A DNA stretch of 64,000 bases. It comes from Hemiscyllium ocellatum. Taxonomy: Eukaryota. A program made the translations under genes and the position numbers. Under the pieces are notes generated by a model. It did not search any database. It saw only the letters and a program-made list of their open reading frames with translations, and was not told where the DNA came from. Location of the stretch: positions 68,710,004 through 68,774,003 of the forward strand of contig NC_083402.1 in the NCBI RefSeq assembly GCF_020745735.1. Reading direction: 5' to 3'. Each line of letters starts with the position of its first letter. Position 1 is the first letter of the stretch. Below are positions 1 to 14,149 of this stretch, piece by piece.

Positions 1-753
1 TGAGCGGTTCCCTGAGCAGACTGTCGTTTAGCAGAATGCCTCATCACCAGAACTTTCCAACAAGCACCAAGACATGAATTGGCTGGTGGTAAGAAGGGCT
101 CTGCCTGTGAGGTCCTTTATGCACGCCTGGACTCTCAGCCACACCGCACGCTGCCCTCGAAGCGGCTGCGGGGGGATGAGACTGTCACACACCTCCTTCT
201 GGAATGTGCCTAAGCAGAAGAAGTCTGGAGAGGAATGCAGTGGTGTTTGTCGAGGTTCGTCCCGAGCAGCGCCGTGACGCGGGACTCCGTGCCACTTTAT
301 GATCCCCAGGACGCACACAGAGACAAACATCAACTGTGCATGGAGGATCATCAACTCGGTGAAGGACGCTCTCTGGGCGGTCCGAAACCTGTTGATCTTC
401 CAGCTGAAGGAGTTGACCCCGACTGAGTGTTGCAAACTGGCACATTCCAAGGTCCAGGACTACGTGTTGAGGGACGTGCTGAAGCTTGGGGCAGCTGCCA
501 CCAAGGCACGGTGGGGAAAGACCACCGTGTAACATCTGCCTGTCTGAGAAGAACAGGGGGCCCACGCAGTCATTTGGGCTCTGCTGATGCCTCAGCTAAA
601 TATATGGATATATGATTGAGAAACATACAGACCTGTATATATGAACGATAAATTCTGAACTCTGTATGCAAATGTTTATGTATGAATGGCATAACCAACT
701 GTACAGACCATCAATTTATTTTATGAATAAAGTATATTTTTGAAATAAAAAAA
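1..753 (+). mobile_element. Tx1-clade (L1-like) non-LTR retrotransposon, 3' end (ORF2 C-terminus, 3'UTR, A-tail)
   Basis: Frameshifted ORF2 C-terminal peptides (...CPRSGCGG...; CAWRIINSVKDALWAVRNLLIFQ...ARWGKTTV*, stop at 532). Highly similar to the copies at 41.0-41.8 kb and 45.8-46.5 kb. AATAAA at 726, A-tail ending at 753. Confidence 0.9.
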
Positions 754-1475
754 TTGTATCTGACATGTGAGCTGTGCAAGGTTACCTTATGAACTCTCCA
801 ATTAGCTCAGATTGGTACCTCTTTATGATAAGAGTTTATCTCGCTAGCAGGTGCCTAACTCGGCTAGGTATGTTTTTCCCACCTGATGAATGGGCCTGTG
901 GGAGTCATTAGTCAAGCATACACAGACCTGTCAATTAACTTTTCTTCCTTACGAATTATTGTCTTTCACTGTTACCTGTCTAATTAAGAACATGCAGTGC
1001 TTCTGTAAACTCTTGTATAAAGGAAGCCACTTTGTATCAGTGCATCGGAGTAGCCTGCTGGGGCACTTGAAGACCTGGTACCCTACTCTCCTAGGTTATT
1101 AGAACCTAGCTAGTTTAGTTTATAAGTATCAGTGTTATGTTGTAACAGTGATGCTGAGTGAATAAAGGGATGACTAAAATTAAACTAATCTGTTTGTAGG
1201 AGTTTTTTTATTCCAGATTTCCAAAGAGTACGATCTCCGGAACGAACCAAGAGAGAGGCTTTACAGGTCTGAGTCCACAAGAGATTGCCTGGGCTGTCAC
1301 AAATCTTACTTTAACATATCTGTGTGAATGAAGTGATTGAGAGTGGAATACCAATCATCAGAATCAATGTACAAAATTATTCAAGATCAAAAGAAACTTT
1401 GCAGAAATAGACTGAACACAAAATAATCAAGAATCGTTAAAAAACAGTAATTCCAAGATTTAAAACAAAAACTCA

Positions 1476-1604
<129 letters not shown>

Positions 1605-4600
1605 TTATTATAAAACAAAAGTAAAATAAAAGTAAACATTTTCACAACCCATTTTGCAGGATGCGCACAGAATAAAGTATTAGCTGAGAACCAGACAAAT
1701 CCTGCTCTGTGTAACTTGCAGTTTAAAAACAAATTACATGCATACAAAAATATCTGGCAGTATTCTACGTACAATACTTGGGAAATCCTCAATTACTTAA
1801 AATGTTCTACATACCTGCAGAACCATTTCAATGGATCTATTGAATTGGCAGACATTCAAAAAGTCTTTGCACTCTGCAATGCAGCGCCAATATTTGGATC
1901 TGAGCAAGAAATGAAAACAACTCCAAAATACTTACGTTTTGATTTTTCCAGGGATTGAATGGAAGATTATACTAAAGTGTGTAGAATGATTTTATTTCAG
2001 CAAAATTATACTTCATCACTTAAAATGTGAATTTCTTCAATGGCTTGCAAGGTACTTAATTTCAAAATTTCACATTTTAAAATGTTAATGCCAGAACTAA
2101 AATAAAAACTGATCTACTTAATCATTATTCCATCAAACAATGAACCTCAAGACCTCTGCAGACTTGTCCAATCAGATATATTCTACACATAGATAGCGCA
2201 AGTTTTCATAATTGCAATTAGATCCAATTGAAACAATACTTATCTGATAGATATTTACTGCATATTCCTGGATTTTTTTTTAAAACATCTGACCAAACCA
2301 ATAACAATGTACTGTACTGGGCTCAGCTTTCTGGAATTCAAATTCATTATATCAAGGAATAAAGACTTCTTGTCGTTATCCTGCATTCGTGCTAGCAACC
2401 TAAAAGACATTCTAGCTATTTTCAGCTGGGAAATCTATGTTGAGATGTGAAGTCTCAAAAGCTTGAAAGGGATGAAAATACAAAATCAATGTAGAAGAAA
2501 GGTACTGGATTACTAATTGGATATTAGTACTAAATGAGTCAGAATTGATTCAGCCTCTAAAGCTCTTGAATATATGATGGAGTTCTTCAATTCAATGTTC
2601 ATATTAATGCTCCGCAGCATTGTTTAAAAAAGCTGTACAAGCTGACAGATGAAAAAAAGGTAGAGTTCTTCATTTTACTTTACGATGACAATACTGCATA
2701 CTGGACATACCAGATTTAATATATGCAAGTCATCAACTTAATTATACTGCTAACTCTACACAAATTTGAATTAACAGAGCAGTATGCAAAAGTACTTAAA
2801 TAGATACATGGCACTGACAACTTTAATAGATTTTCAAATACAGATGAAGAACTGGCAGCATCTGTGAAGAGAAAGCAGTGTTAATGTTTCAAGTCAAGTG
2901 ACCGCTCTGAAGGGTCACTGACCTGAAATATGAACTCTGCTTTCTCTCCACAGATGCTGCCAGACCAGCTGACATTTTCCAGCAATTTTTGATTTTGTTT
3001 CAGTTTTTTAATATTAAAGAACTTGACTTTATTTAATGCCTTTCATGGTCAAAGGACATCCCAAGTATTTCACAGCCAAATGAAATGCTTCTGCTGTAAC
3101 CCTGTAGTGTAGGATATGTATACAGATACAGGTTACTAGACCTGCTGTGTTACTCTAGCACACAGTTTTCGTTTTCAATAATCAGTTAATTTATTTTTAA
3201 AGGATTGGTTGAAAGATAAATGTCAGTGAGGACTCTAGAAGAGTGTCTTATTCTTTTGTGACTTCTATTATTGGTTGTGTACCAGCATATGGTAAATAGT
3301 GCACCATCTGATAAAATGTGAAACCTAACTGTACCAAATAACATGCTTACGGTGTGGGTAGGGTTGAACCACAATCTTGTGACTCAGCTTAGCGTTACCA
3401 CTTTCTTGAGGTTGTCACAAAAACTGTTCTGTCTGGCCTAAATCAGATTTTAGTTCTACAGTAATATGAAGGACACTGCCCTATGAAGTCAGTCTTTTTC
3501 CCAAACTGCCCCTAGTGGTTAAAGCTCAGCAACAGGTAAACAAGCTCTCATAAGCACGGAATACCAGCTTTGTCAGTGGCCACCTTCAGAAAATGTATTC
3601 AAAAGGCCAAATCCCAAACATATTCTCTACAGTTTACCCAGAGCAAAGAAAACCCATTGATAATGCCTCCAACTCCTGAAAGGAACCAGCCTAATTTTCC
3701 TCTCCCTCCCTTCCTTTGGCATCTTCTCAAATGATTCTGAGAAGATGAAGGCTAGTCATTCTGGAATTAAAAGGCTCATCACATCCCCCAAAACCTCCTT
3801 AATGTAAACGCACAAAGGATATTATAACGTGTACTTTGTCAACACAAATTGGCTGTAACATGATTGGCGAATTATGGATGCTGTTCGGATAATGCAAACT
3901 TTCTACTGAATGGGGTATAGAGATTTTATATAGTGATATTCTAAAGCGCGAGGTTGCAGAGGAACAACTGTCACATTATACCAGAAAACCCTGTACAATT
4001 AACAAAAAAGTGAACAGAACCAGCCAAGTGGATATAGTGATTCCATGAGGTTAAATATTAGGAATGCCACAAACTTTCAACTCCCCACTCTATCCACCAT
4101 CTACAAGGCACAAGTCAGGAGTGTGATGGAATACTCTTCACCTACCTGGAAGAGAGCAGCTCCAAAGTATTCAAGTAGCTTGATACCATATTGGTCAAAG
4201 CAGCCTGCTTGTTTAGCACCCCATCTATACCTTCTGTATTCATGAAGTCCACTACAGACAGTGTCAGTGTGTACCAATTAAAAGACACACTGCCAATAAC
4301 TCTAATCCCCTTCAAAAACACCTTTCAAAACAATGACTTCCAGCACCTTGAACGCAGGGGCAGCAGATGCAGAGCACCACTACTGTAAACTCTCCTTCAT
4401 GCCACATTCAATCCTGATTGAAAACTATAACTCCTTTCCGAACAGTATGGTGGATATCTGCCAAAGGACTGCAGTAGCTCACCACCACTTTCTCATGGGC
4501 AATTAGGGATGTGCAATAAATGCCAGACTATCCAACTATCTCCAAGCAAAGAACAAATCAGAAAAAAATTCCATCAGACAAAAGAAATTTAAATTTAGTG

Positions 4601-7600
4601 ATATGAAAACAATGTCTTCAGCGAGGTAAATGGGACTCAGCAGATAAACAAAACATGCTATTGATGATTATGCTATTTTACTGACATCTTCCCTTGACAT
4701 TTTTTTTGTTGTTTCTCCACTAGTCCCATAAAACCAACTTTTGTCTGGCATCTTGCTCCTGCCTTCCACCCAATCACAGACTCTTCCACCCAATCCTCCC
4801 TCCCACTGCCTACGCACTTTTGATTGTATAGATATCTTTAATTTTTCAGTTTGACAACTTGAAAAAAGTTAACTTGCTCCCTCACCATAGATAAAACCTG
4901 AACTGCATTTTTCAGAGTCATGATAGCACGGAGGCAGCCATTCAGTGCATCCTGGCCACGTAAATCACATTAATACCATTCTCCAACCCTCCCCCCACAT
5001 CCCTGATTATTTTTCCTTTTTCAATATCCAAACTTTTAAAATTTTAATATTTTATAGCACAAAAGGCAGTTGGTCTGTCCATTGCGTCTCCATTAGCCAA
5101 AAAAATGAACTGCCCAACCAAATCCTACATTCGGCACTAGGTCCTAAGTTTTTCAGGTGCACATCCAGCCGCCTATTAAAAAGGTTTCAGCCTTTGTTGC
5201 CTATTCAGACAGATTTTCAGACTCTGCCACCCTCCAGGTGAACATGTTTTTCCTCATCTCATCTGTAATTCCTTTACAAATTCCTTGAAGTCTACCCAAC
5301 TAGGACTCTCCCATCTGCTCTATCTAGGCCTTTCACCTAATGAAATAAAGTCTCTCCTCAAGCTTTCTCTGTTCCAAGAAAATAACACCAAACTGAGTCT
5401 TTCCTCATGGCTGGGATTTTTCCATTCTGTATGCTAAGTGCGATTACATGTTTTCTGTATTGAGGGAACCATGGCTGCGTGCAGTACATAACGCATGATT
5501 AATTAATGTTGTATATACCTTCAGCATACCGGTGTTCCTCTGCCCTTTGCTTCAGCTGATAGAACAAAGTATTCCATATACCCTTTTAAATCGCCTCATC
5601 AACACATCTAGCTTGAGGTCCCTGTGCACATTCGCTCAAAGGTCCGTTACTGCCTCAAAACCTCCCTCAAAACTGTATTGTCCATTGCTTTTTTTGACTT
5701 TTCTGAATACATCACCTCAGACTTCTGGATGAGTTCCATTTAACACAAACCTGCCTACCTGGTCAATCAACTGATATTCTCCTGCAGACAATACCTCACT
5801 ATCAAAAACGTGGTCAATTTTTGTGCAACCTGCAAATTTCTTGATCATAGTCCCTGCACCTGCATTCAAGTCATTAATATACACAACAAACAGAAGGGAC
5901 GCAGGACTAAGTCCTGTGGAACATCACTGGAATTGGCCTTTCAGAGGCAACAACACCCATCAATAATTAAACTTTGTTTTCTGCCACCAGGCCAATTTTG
6001 TATCCAGCTTACAATATTCCCTTGCATCCCAAAAAGGCCTTTTTGTTTAAACAAAACAGACTGCTACTTGGGGCCTTGTCATTAGTCCCACACAAATCCA
6101 CATAGACTATCACAATCAGTACCCTCACTAATCCACTTTATTACTTCAAGAAATTCAACCAAGTTAGACACCACGTTGACTGCCCTCAATTAGTCCATGC
6201 CTTTTAAATTAAACAATTTATTTTGTGCTTCAGAATTCGTTTCAATGATTTGCCTACCACAAAGGTTAGACTAAATAACTACAAGCCAGACAACCTATGA
6301 ACAAAAAAGTAATAACAGCAGTCCATCAATTCTATGACATACAGTGAGGATCCACAATGCAGTGACAAGTGACCAATTATGATAAGAACCACCACAAAAT
6401 AATCAGAGACATACCCACATCTTCTGCCTCTACACATTAGCTTTTTGTTTTTAATGGTACTCTTACTTCCTCTTACTCAATGAACTGAAAACATCTTTGG
6501 GTTCACCTGATTTTTAATTGCCAATATTCTTTTACATCCTCTTTGCTTTCCTAAATTCCTTTTTGATTTTAACCCCACACCTTTTATAATGATGCTCAGA
6601 ACTGCACCCTCTCTTGTTGCTATATGCTGGCCAAAAGAAGATTGTTCCACGTCTATCACATCAACATTCTGCCCATTAAACTTGAGGGAGTTAAAATAAT
6701 TCATTATCGTCCTGATGTTTTTCCATTTTTCAGAAATTTATCCCCATAATTTGCTCGATCCCCTGACAGTTTGGTCGTCTAAAAAAGACTTCCAGTACTG
6801 TGACAGAATGGTTTTTTAAAAAAAGGTTTTTAAATCAATGCATATGGTCTCCTTTAATGATTTCCAGTATTTTGTTTTTAATTTCACATTTCCGGCATAC
6901 TCAATATTTTGCATTACAGGTAGAAAATCCTTTATCTGAAATTCTGAAATACAAAACTGTTTTCATTTTTTTCTCCATAACAGGGTTGTTTGGCGTGCAA
7001 ACATTTTAACCAACTCAACACCCACTCGACCCACATTACTCAGCTGTGACGTGGTGGCATGGTCCAGGACTGGCAGGCATCAATTCTGTTTCAGTGCTCA
7101 TAATAGTCACATGTGCGCCTGCAGCTCAGTAAAATTTTTTTTATTTCAATGTGAAAATGCTATTTATTCCAAAATCCCAAACATTCTGAAATCCAGAAAC
7201 CAGCTGACCACAAGGATTTCGGATTTTTGGTCTACCTGTACCTAGTTGGATTTAATAAGTAGTTCTAGGGTTCAAACTAATAACGTTTCTTTTAACAAAC
7301 ATAGATTTGCTACAATTCAAACAAAATGCCTCAGCTCTAAGCTGACAGTAGACAAGCAGAAGGTTGGAAGAACAGGCCAAGCAAAACCCCAGTTATAACA
7401 TTTAATAATTTTGCAGCATGTGCTGGACACAGTGATTGAAGTTTTCAGCAGTATCATTTAAGTTCTCAGAGTTGCCTTTCTGAAGCAAAATGGGCATTTT
7501 GTTTGAGATTCCCACTGAACACCAATATCCAACTATGGAGTTTGGTAACTGGATCATAAGCCAAAACCAATTTTAATTTCTGAAAAGAAAAGGAATTCTA

Positions 7601-8714
7601 CACAGACCAGATTATTTCCAATGAATTACATGGACAGATACTTTTCAATGTGTTAATTGAAGGCAGCATAGACTATTGACTTAGAGCCCTTACGTTGCAG
7701 TGGTAGTTTCAATACCTTAGAGCCAGAAGCCAGGGTTCAAGCCACACTGCAGAGGTGTGTCATAACAGTTGAACATATTGTTTAAAAAATATCTAGACAA
7801 GAGCAGTCCAGACAGGAACCAAGATAATCTTCTTGTAGAGGCAGAGGCTTGGCTGAGTTACTAAATGAGTACTTTACAGGTGACTACATTAGCAATGAGA
7901 ACTCTACTAATTTAGTAAAAAGAGGAAGCAGTTGTGACACTGAACAGGATAAAAATAGATAAAGAAGGATTAAAATGTTAAGGTTGGCCAGCCTCAAAGC
8001 AGGAATGTCACCTGGTCCAGAGGTGAAGCAACCTAGATAACTGACAGAAATAAGATGAAAACTGCAGAGTATCAAACCTGAGTCTTACAATCCCTTGGGC
8101 ATAAGATTGGTGCAACAGATGGAGTACTCAACTTTACATCACATTCAAAAAGAAAATCGGATAAACCTGGCTTTTGGAGGGCAGTCAGCCAAATATCATT
8201 CGTGGAGACAATAATCTGGATATATTAAATTGCAATTTGAAAACCAAATAGGCTAATAAATGTAGGTCAACAGATTTATTAAAGATGGAATGTGCTCAAT
8301 CAACATGTCAAGAGTTAAAGTTACAGAGGAATGATGGCTGCATTACAGCTGATGCTCCATGTACTGACTTTTAAAAGGTAGAGTTCCCACAATGGACTTG
8401 TCAGCAATATTGAAATTCATGAGATTCAAGGGCTAATAGACGTAAAGAACACAAAGACAGTATGAACAACTCCCTCGAGAATGAAAAGGAATGGTGCTCC
8501 CCATGGCGCAACACTAGGACAGCCGCTACTACTATTAATGACTGATGCAAACTTTGAAATAATACATTGTAAGTGATACAAAACTTGGAAATGAAATAAT
8601 AAGGACAGAACAATTTCAGAAGAACATAGACAGGCTAGTGAAAAGGTCATGTTCATGACAGATGAAACTTAAGTTAGACCGAATGTGAGGTGAAACACTT
8701 TGGTGAGGAGAATG

Positions 8715-9370
8715 TGTTATGGTCTAGGCCAAACCCCCCCAAAACATTTCAAGAAAGTAGCCTGGACCATAACTTTACTAGGTATTTTGAGCAAGGGTGA
8801 GGTGGATATTCCAGGAGTGATGCACCTGACCTAGCCACTTGGTTTTAAACAAAACAGAATTTATTTGCAAGATTACTGAATGAAACAAAAAAGACAGTAG
8901 AATATCTTAGCCTATCCGACAACCCAAAGGATTATCCAAAATTAATGATACTTTTGCATCTACTTGCAACAAATCCCATAAACACCCCTGGATAAAAAGA
9001 AAAAGACAAACACAGGTCTTACAGGAGAGACGTCAGAGAGAGAGAGAGAGAGAGATGGCAGAGAGATTCAGCATTGAACACCTTCTTCCATGCAGCTGTT
9101 TCTTCGACCAGCAGCCTCAAAATTGGCTGCTTGCTAAAACCAAACCAAAACAGAGTAAAGCTGAACTGGGAGAACGGACACCTTTCATTGTACAGGTGTT
9201 TTTTTTTTATATAAAACTTTAAAAGACTTTTGCCTAACGTAGTATCTGTTAGCTATAGTCAAATTGGCCCGAAAGCCCCTCCAAACTAGTCCCCTTACTG
9301 GTGTCTTTAGGACCACTGAAAAAAAAAACCAAAGACAACATAACCTAGTTAAAGCAGCACCATCGTCATA
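8715..9370. mobile_element. Putative solo LTR inserted into an old CR1 fragment
   Basis: About 655-bp block with TGTTATG...CGTCATA ends, flanked by AATG/AATA. CR1-like sequence resumes on both sides (tggtgaggagaat | aagaaaagacaacatgaactaaattgtacc). Internal (GA)n tract. Confidence 0.45.
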
Positions 9371-12300
9371 AATAAGAAAAGACAACATGAACTAAATTGT
9401 ACCATTTTTCAAGCAAGAGGAGATTTGGAGGCATGTTTAAACAGTCAAAACTAAAATTATAAAGGCTGGTTTAAAAGCATTTGGAAGATTTAGCTTTAAG
9501 AGAGTGTACAGAAGGAAAGAAATTATGCTAAAAATTTATAAATGCTGGAATATGGCATTCAATTCTCAGCATTGGACTGAGTGCCATAAACAGGCCTGAA
9601 AATCTCAGATTATTTGCCAGGATCAAGAGGCTTCAACTATGTGGATAGACTGGAGAAATTAAGATTGTTCTCGTCAAAGCATAGGTTTAAGAGGAAATCT
9701 AATACAAGTTTCAAAATCATGAAGGGCTTTGCAGTGAAAATAAAGGGAAACTGTTTACAGTAGAAGAGCTGGTAACCAGGGAACAAAGTTAGATGACTTA
9801 CAAAAGAACCCAAAGTGACAAAAGCAAACTTGACATATATTATGTTGTATGTGATCCAAAATGCATACTCAAGCAAAAATAAAACCTGCCAATGCCAGCA
9901 TTAAATACATTCAACGATAGAGATTCTGCAACCCTCTCGGGTAGATAATTCCAAAGATGTACAATCACTTGAGTGAAGAAATGTCCAATCTTGAATGATT
10001 GGGCTTTAATCAAAAGACTGACTGTGTATTTTGGATCCTCTGACCCGAGAAAATAATATCTCAGTGTCTACCCTAAGACCTTTAGAATTACATACACATT
10101 AATGAAATCAGTTCTCATTTCTTCTAAACTCCAAAAAAAAATTCAATTTATTCAGCCTATCATAGGACCTCAGTTTTATATATATACATCTTTTAATATC
10201 ATGTACATTGGATTTTGAACTAGTGTCACATGGCTTTGATGTGTCTTCAAAAGGATTTTATTCATTAAAGTATTTACAACTATTTCTGTGGCTATAGTGT
10301 TTATTTTCAAACAAAGGAAGAAAGACTTCCTGCAGAGATAGGGATTTTGTTTACGTTGGGAGAGCTTTAGGATTGAACAGAATAAACAATGATGCATGAA
10401 GGTTTCAGTTCAAAGAATTAGAATGGTATTTGGGTTATGGGTGTCTAAGGAAAACACCCACCGAGTCAGATATACAGCACAAAAACAAACCCTTTGGTGC
10501 AATTTGACCATGCCGACTAGATATCCTAAATAAATCTGGTCCCATTTGCCAGCACCTGGCCCATATCTCTCTATACTCTACCTATTCATATAGCTTTCCA
10601 GATGCCTTTTAAATGTTCATTTTGCCATCCCTGCATCCAAGTCATGAATGTAGATTGTAAACAGGCTTATGCCCAAAATGTCAATTGTCCTGCTTCTCGG
10701 ATGCTGCCTGGCCTGCTGTGTTTTTCCAGCACCACATTTTTCAACTCTGGTACTCCTGCATCTGCAGTCCTCACTTTCTCCTCCTTGTAAATAGTTAGGA
10801 CCCAAGGACAGAACCCTGCAGCACCGGTTACAGCTTTCAAACTAGAAAGAGATCCACCTATTCCAACTCACTGCTTTTTGTTGGTTAGCCAATCTTCTAC
10901 CCAAACTAACACATTAACATTAACCATGTGCCATCTTTCTTGATGCATTAATCTCTTGTGCAGCACCTACTCATATGTCTCCTTGCAGGCTGGATATACA
11001 TCTACAGGACCCCATGACCTGCTTTGCTCATTACATCTTCGAAGAACTCATGAATTAGTTAAACATTATCTACCTTTCAGAAAATCATGCTTAATTTATG
11101 GATTGCATTTTGACTCTCCAAATATCTTGTTGCTACCTCCTTAATAATGGATTCCAACAATTTCCCAACAAAATACATTAAACCAATTGATCTATAGTTT
11201 CTACTTTCTGCCTCCATCCATTTCCAAATAACGGCGTTACATTAGCATTTTTCTGTGGACTGGAACCTACCCACAAACAGGGAATACTGGAATACTATAA
11301 CCACTGGATCCATTATCTCTGCTGACACTTCATTTAAAGGCCCTAGGAAATCAGCCATCAGGCCCTGAGAACTTGCATGCCTTTGGTCCCAGTCATTTGT
11401 TCAGTACATTTTCGTGGTAATGACGATTATTTTAAGTTCCTCCTTTCCTCTAATCTCTGCTTACCTGATATTATTGGGATGGTTTCAGTTTCTCTCACCA
11501 TGAAAGCTGAGGCGAAGTATTGATTTAGTGTCACTGGAGTCATGTTCCCCATTATTAACTCCCCAGTCTCATTGTCCAAGGAATCAACATTCACTTTAGC
11601 TATTTTCTTCCTTTACACTTGTTGAAACATTTGCTATCCATCTTGATATTTTGCACTGGTCTTTAACAATTAACCTTTGTTCTCTTTATTATTCTTTTTA
11701 GTAACTTTCAAAGCCTTAAAAGCATTCAAAACCTCCAGCCAGCCATTACTCTTGGCAATATGGGACGTCTTAGGTTTTGCCCTCATGTTATCTTTAACAT
11801 CCATGTTTAGTCAGGGATACTTTTCCTCCTTTTACAAACTTGCTTCGTTGCTGGACTATATTGCAGTTGGAAGGAACTGAATTATCTCCTTAAACGTTTG
11901 CTGCTATTCATCAACTATTTTCCTGTTCAGTCTTTCTGCCCTGTCCACTGAGGGAGAATCTGACTCATGCCAGTGTAATTACCTTTAACACCAGAACACT
12001 AAAATGGAACTCCTATTTCCCTTCCTCAAACTGTTAACACTCATCCCTAGAGGCTATTTTACTACAAGATCATTAATTAATCCTATCTCATTACATAATG
12101 CTAAATACAAAATAAAATGCTCCCTGTTTCCACAACATTTTATTTCTTGGAGCAATCTCTAATACACGATGAATTCTCCAAGGCTAACCTTGCCAAATGC
12201 AATTAATCCAGCATATATGCCTATCACCCATGATTACTGTCACATTTTTCTTACAACCTTCCACTAAGAACTGTGTCTTATACTGTATCTTGGAATATAA

Positions 12301-12887
12301 CTTCTCCCAGAAGTTTACTTCCTTGGCCATTTCATTTTGTTATTTTGCCCAGTTGGATTCTATATCTTGATCCTACCTTGTGTCTCCTGCAAACTAATGA
12401 AAGCATCTGCAGAAGGAAAACATGAGAAACAGCATTCTGATCAGCATATCAACCACCTCAGCAGATTCTGCATAAAAAGAACCACTGACCTGCTTTCCAA
12501 ATTTCGCAGCGTTCATAACAACCATGCTTTTGTTTCCTGTACACACATCTTTGTCTATGATCGACTTTATAATAGGTTTAGAGTTTAACCCAATAGGATT
12601 ATATGCTAACAATTATAATTGTCTCCATGTAGCTCGAATCCATTTACTTGGAACAGCAATTCTTGTTAGGTACAGAAATCCTTCCTGTCATCTTGGTTTC
12701 GAAAATTAGGCAAATTGGAGAATTTTTGTATTTCTATGCAACCTTTAAATATTGGGACTACTCTGGGTTTAGCCGGGCTTGGCTTCCAATGCAGCACCCC
12801 AATAATCACTTCCAACACAAGTATATTTTTTTCTTAAATGTGGAGACCAAAATTGTGCACAGTACACCAGATGAAATAGCAAAGAAA

Positions 12888-13635
12888 ATAAACCAGGCTT
12901 AATGGTAAGTGCCTGGGGAACGGTGCCGAACAAAGAGACCATGAAATGCAAGCTCACAGTTCCTTGAGAGCAGAGTCGCAGGTAGCTAGGATAATGAAGG
13001 TGGTGTTTGCTATGCTTTCCTTTAATGGTCACTGCATTGTGCATAGGAATAGGGAGGTCATGTTGCGGCTGTACAAGATGTTGGCTGGGCCATTTTTGGA
13101 ATATTGCATGCAATTCTGGTCTCCTTCCCATCAGAAAGATGTTGTGAAACTTGAAAGGGTTCGGAAAAGATTTACAAGGATGTTACCGGGGTTGGAGAAT
13201 TTGAGCTATAGGGAGAGGCTGAATAGGCTGGGACTGCTTTCCTGGAGTGTCAGAGGCTGAGGGGCCACCTTACAGAGGTTTATAAAATCATGAGGGGCAT
13301 GGATAGAATAAATAGACAAAGGTCTTTTCCGTGAGGTGAGGAGCCCAGAACTAGAGGGCATAGGTTTAGAGTGAGAGGGGTAAGATATAAAAGGGACCTA
13401 ACGGGTAACTTTTTCAGGCAGAGCATAGTGCACATATGGAATGAGCTGCCAGAGAAAGCGGTGGAAGCTGGTACAAATTCAGCATTTAAATGATATCTGG
13501 ATGCAGATATAAATAGGAAAAGTTTAGATGGATATGGGCCAAGTGCTGGCAAATGGGACTAGATTATCTTAGGATATCCAGTTGGCATGGACAGGCAGGT
13601 CCAAAGGGTCTGTCTCCATGCTGTACGTGACTATG
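12888..13635 (+). mobile_element. CR1 LINE 3' fragment
   Basis: ORF 12946-13260 (LYKMLAGPFLEYCMQFWSP...LERVRKRFTRMLPGL) is the CR1 RT C-terminus; 3'UTR shared with other copies in the window. Confidence 0.9.
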
Positions 13636-13955
13636 TGGTGCTATCAAAATCCTCCACAATTGTATTAAGACTTCATTATATTTTTACTTGCAAGACACTC
13701 TATAATTAAGGACTAGCCCTTTCTCTTTACGGTCTCTGTACTAATCATTTTCTCGTACTTTGTAATAAAATCCAAATGCCATTTACTTTAATTGCTTGTT
13801 ATACCTCCATGGTATGTGTACCTTGTAAGAGTTCATAGAGTGCAAGTTTTACACTTTTAAAAGTGATCTGCTGGTAAACATTCAATACAAGTGGTTTCCT
13901 TTGGTTTTGCTGCACCGTTCTAATATATTTCTTCTGCATGCCAATAATTGTTGAG

Positions 13956-14149
13956 GCTGCAAATGTGTTGCTGGTCAAAGCACAGCAGGTTAGGCAGCAT
14001 CTCAGGAATAGAGAATTCGACGTTTCGAGCATAAGCCCTTCATCAGGAATAATTATTCCTGATGAAGGGCTTATGCTCGAAACGTCGAATTCTCTATTCC
14101 TGAGATGCTGCCTAACCTGCTGTGCTTTGACCAGCAACACATTTGCAGC
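13956..14149. repeat. Perfect 194-bp palindrome (97-bp arms, no spacer) built from a Penelope-type terminal repeat
   Basis: Exact reverse-complement symmetry about 14052|14053. Whole insertion flanked by the direct repeat AATAATTGTTG (13943-13953 and 14188-14198). Confidence 0.95.
14055..14090 (+). ncRNA. Minimal type-I hammerhead ribozyme motif (Penelope-associated); mirror copy at 14015-14050 on the minus strand
   Basis: ATTC-CTGATGA-A-GGGC-ttat-GCTC-GAAA-CG-TC-GAAT: intact core, stem I ATTC/GAAT, stem II, 1-bp stem III with palindromic ACGT, GUC cleavage triplet. Confidence 0.75.

Noticed and set aside
754-1301. Possible LTR remnant (AATAAA, ends TGTCACA)
   Set aside because: Its 5' boundary is hidden by the Tx1 insertion and the window edge, and no second copy or TSD supports it.
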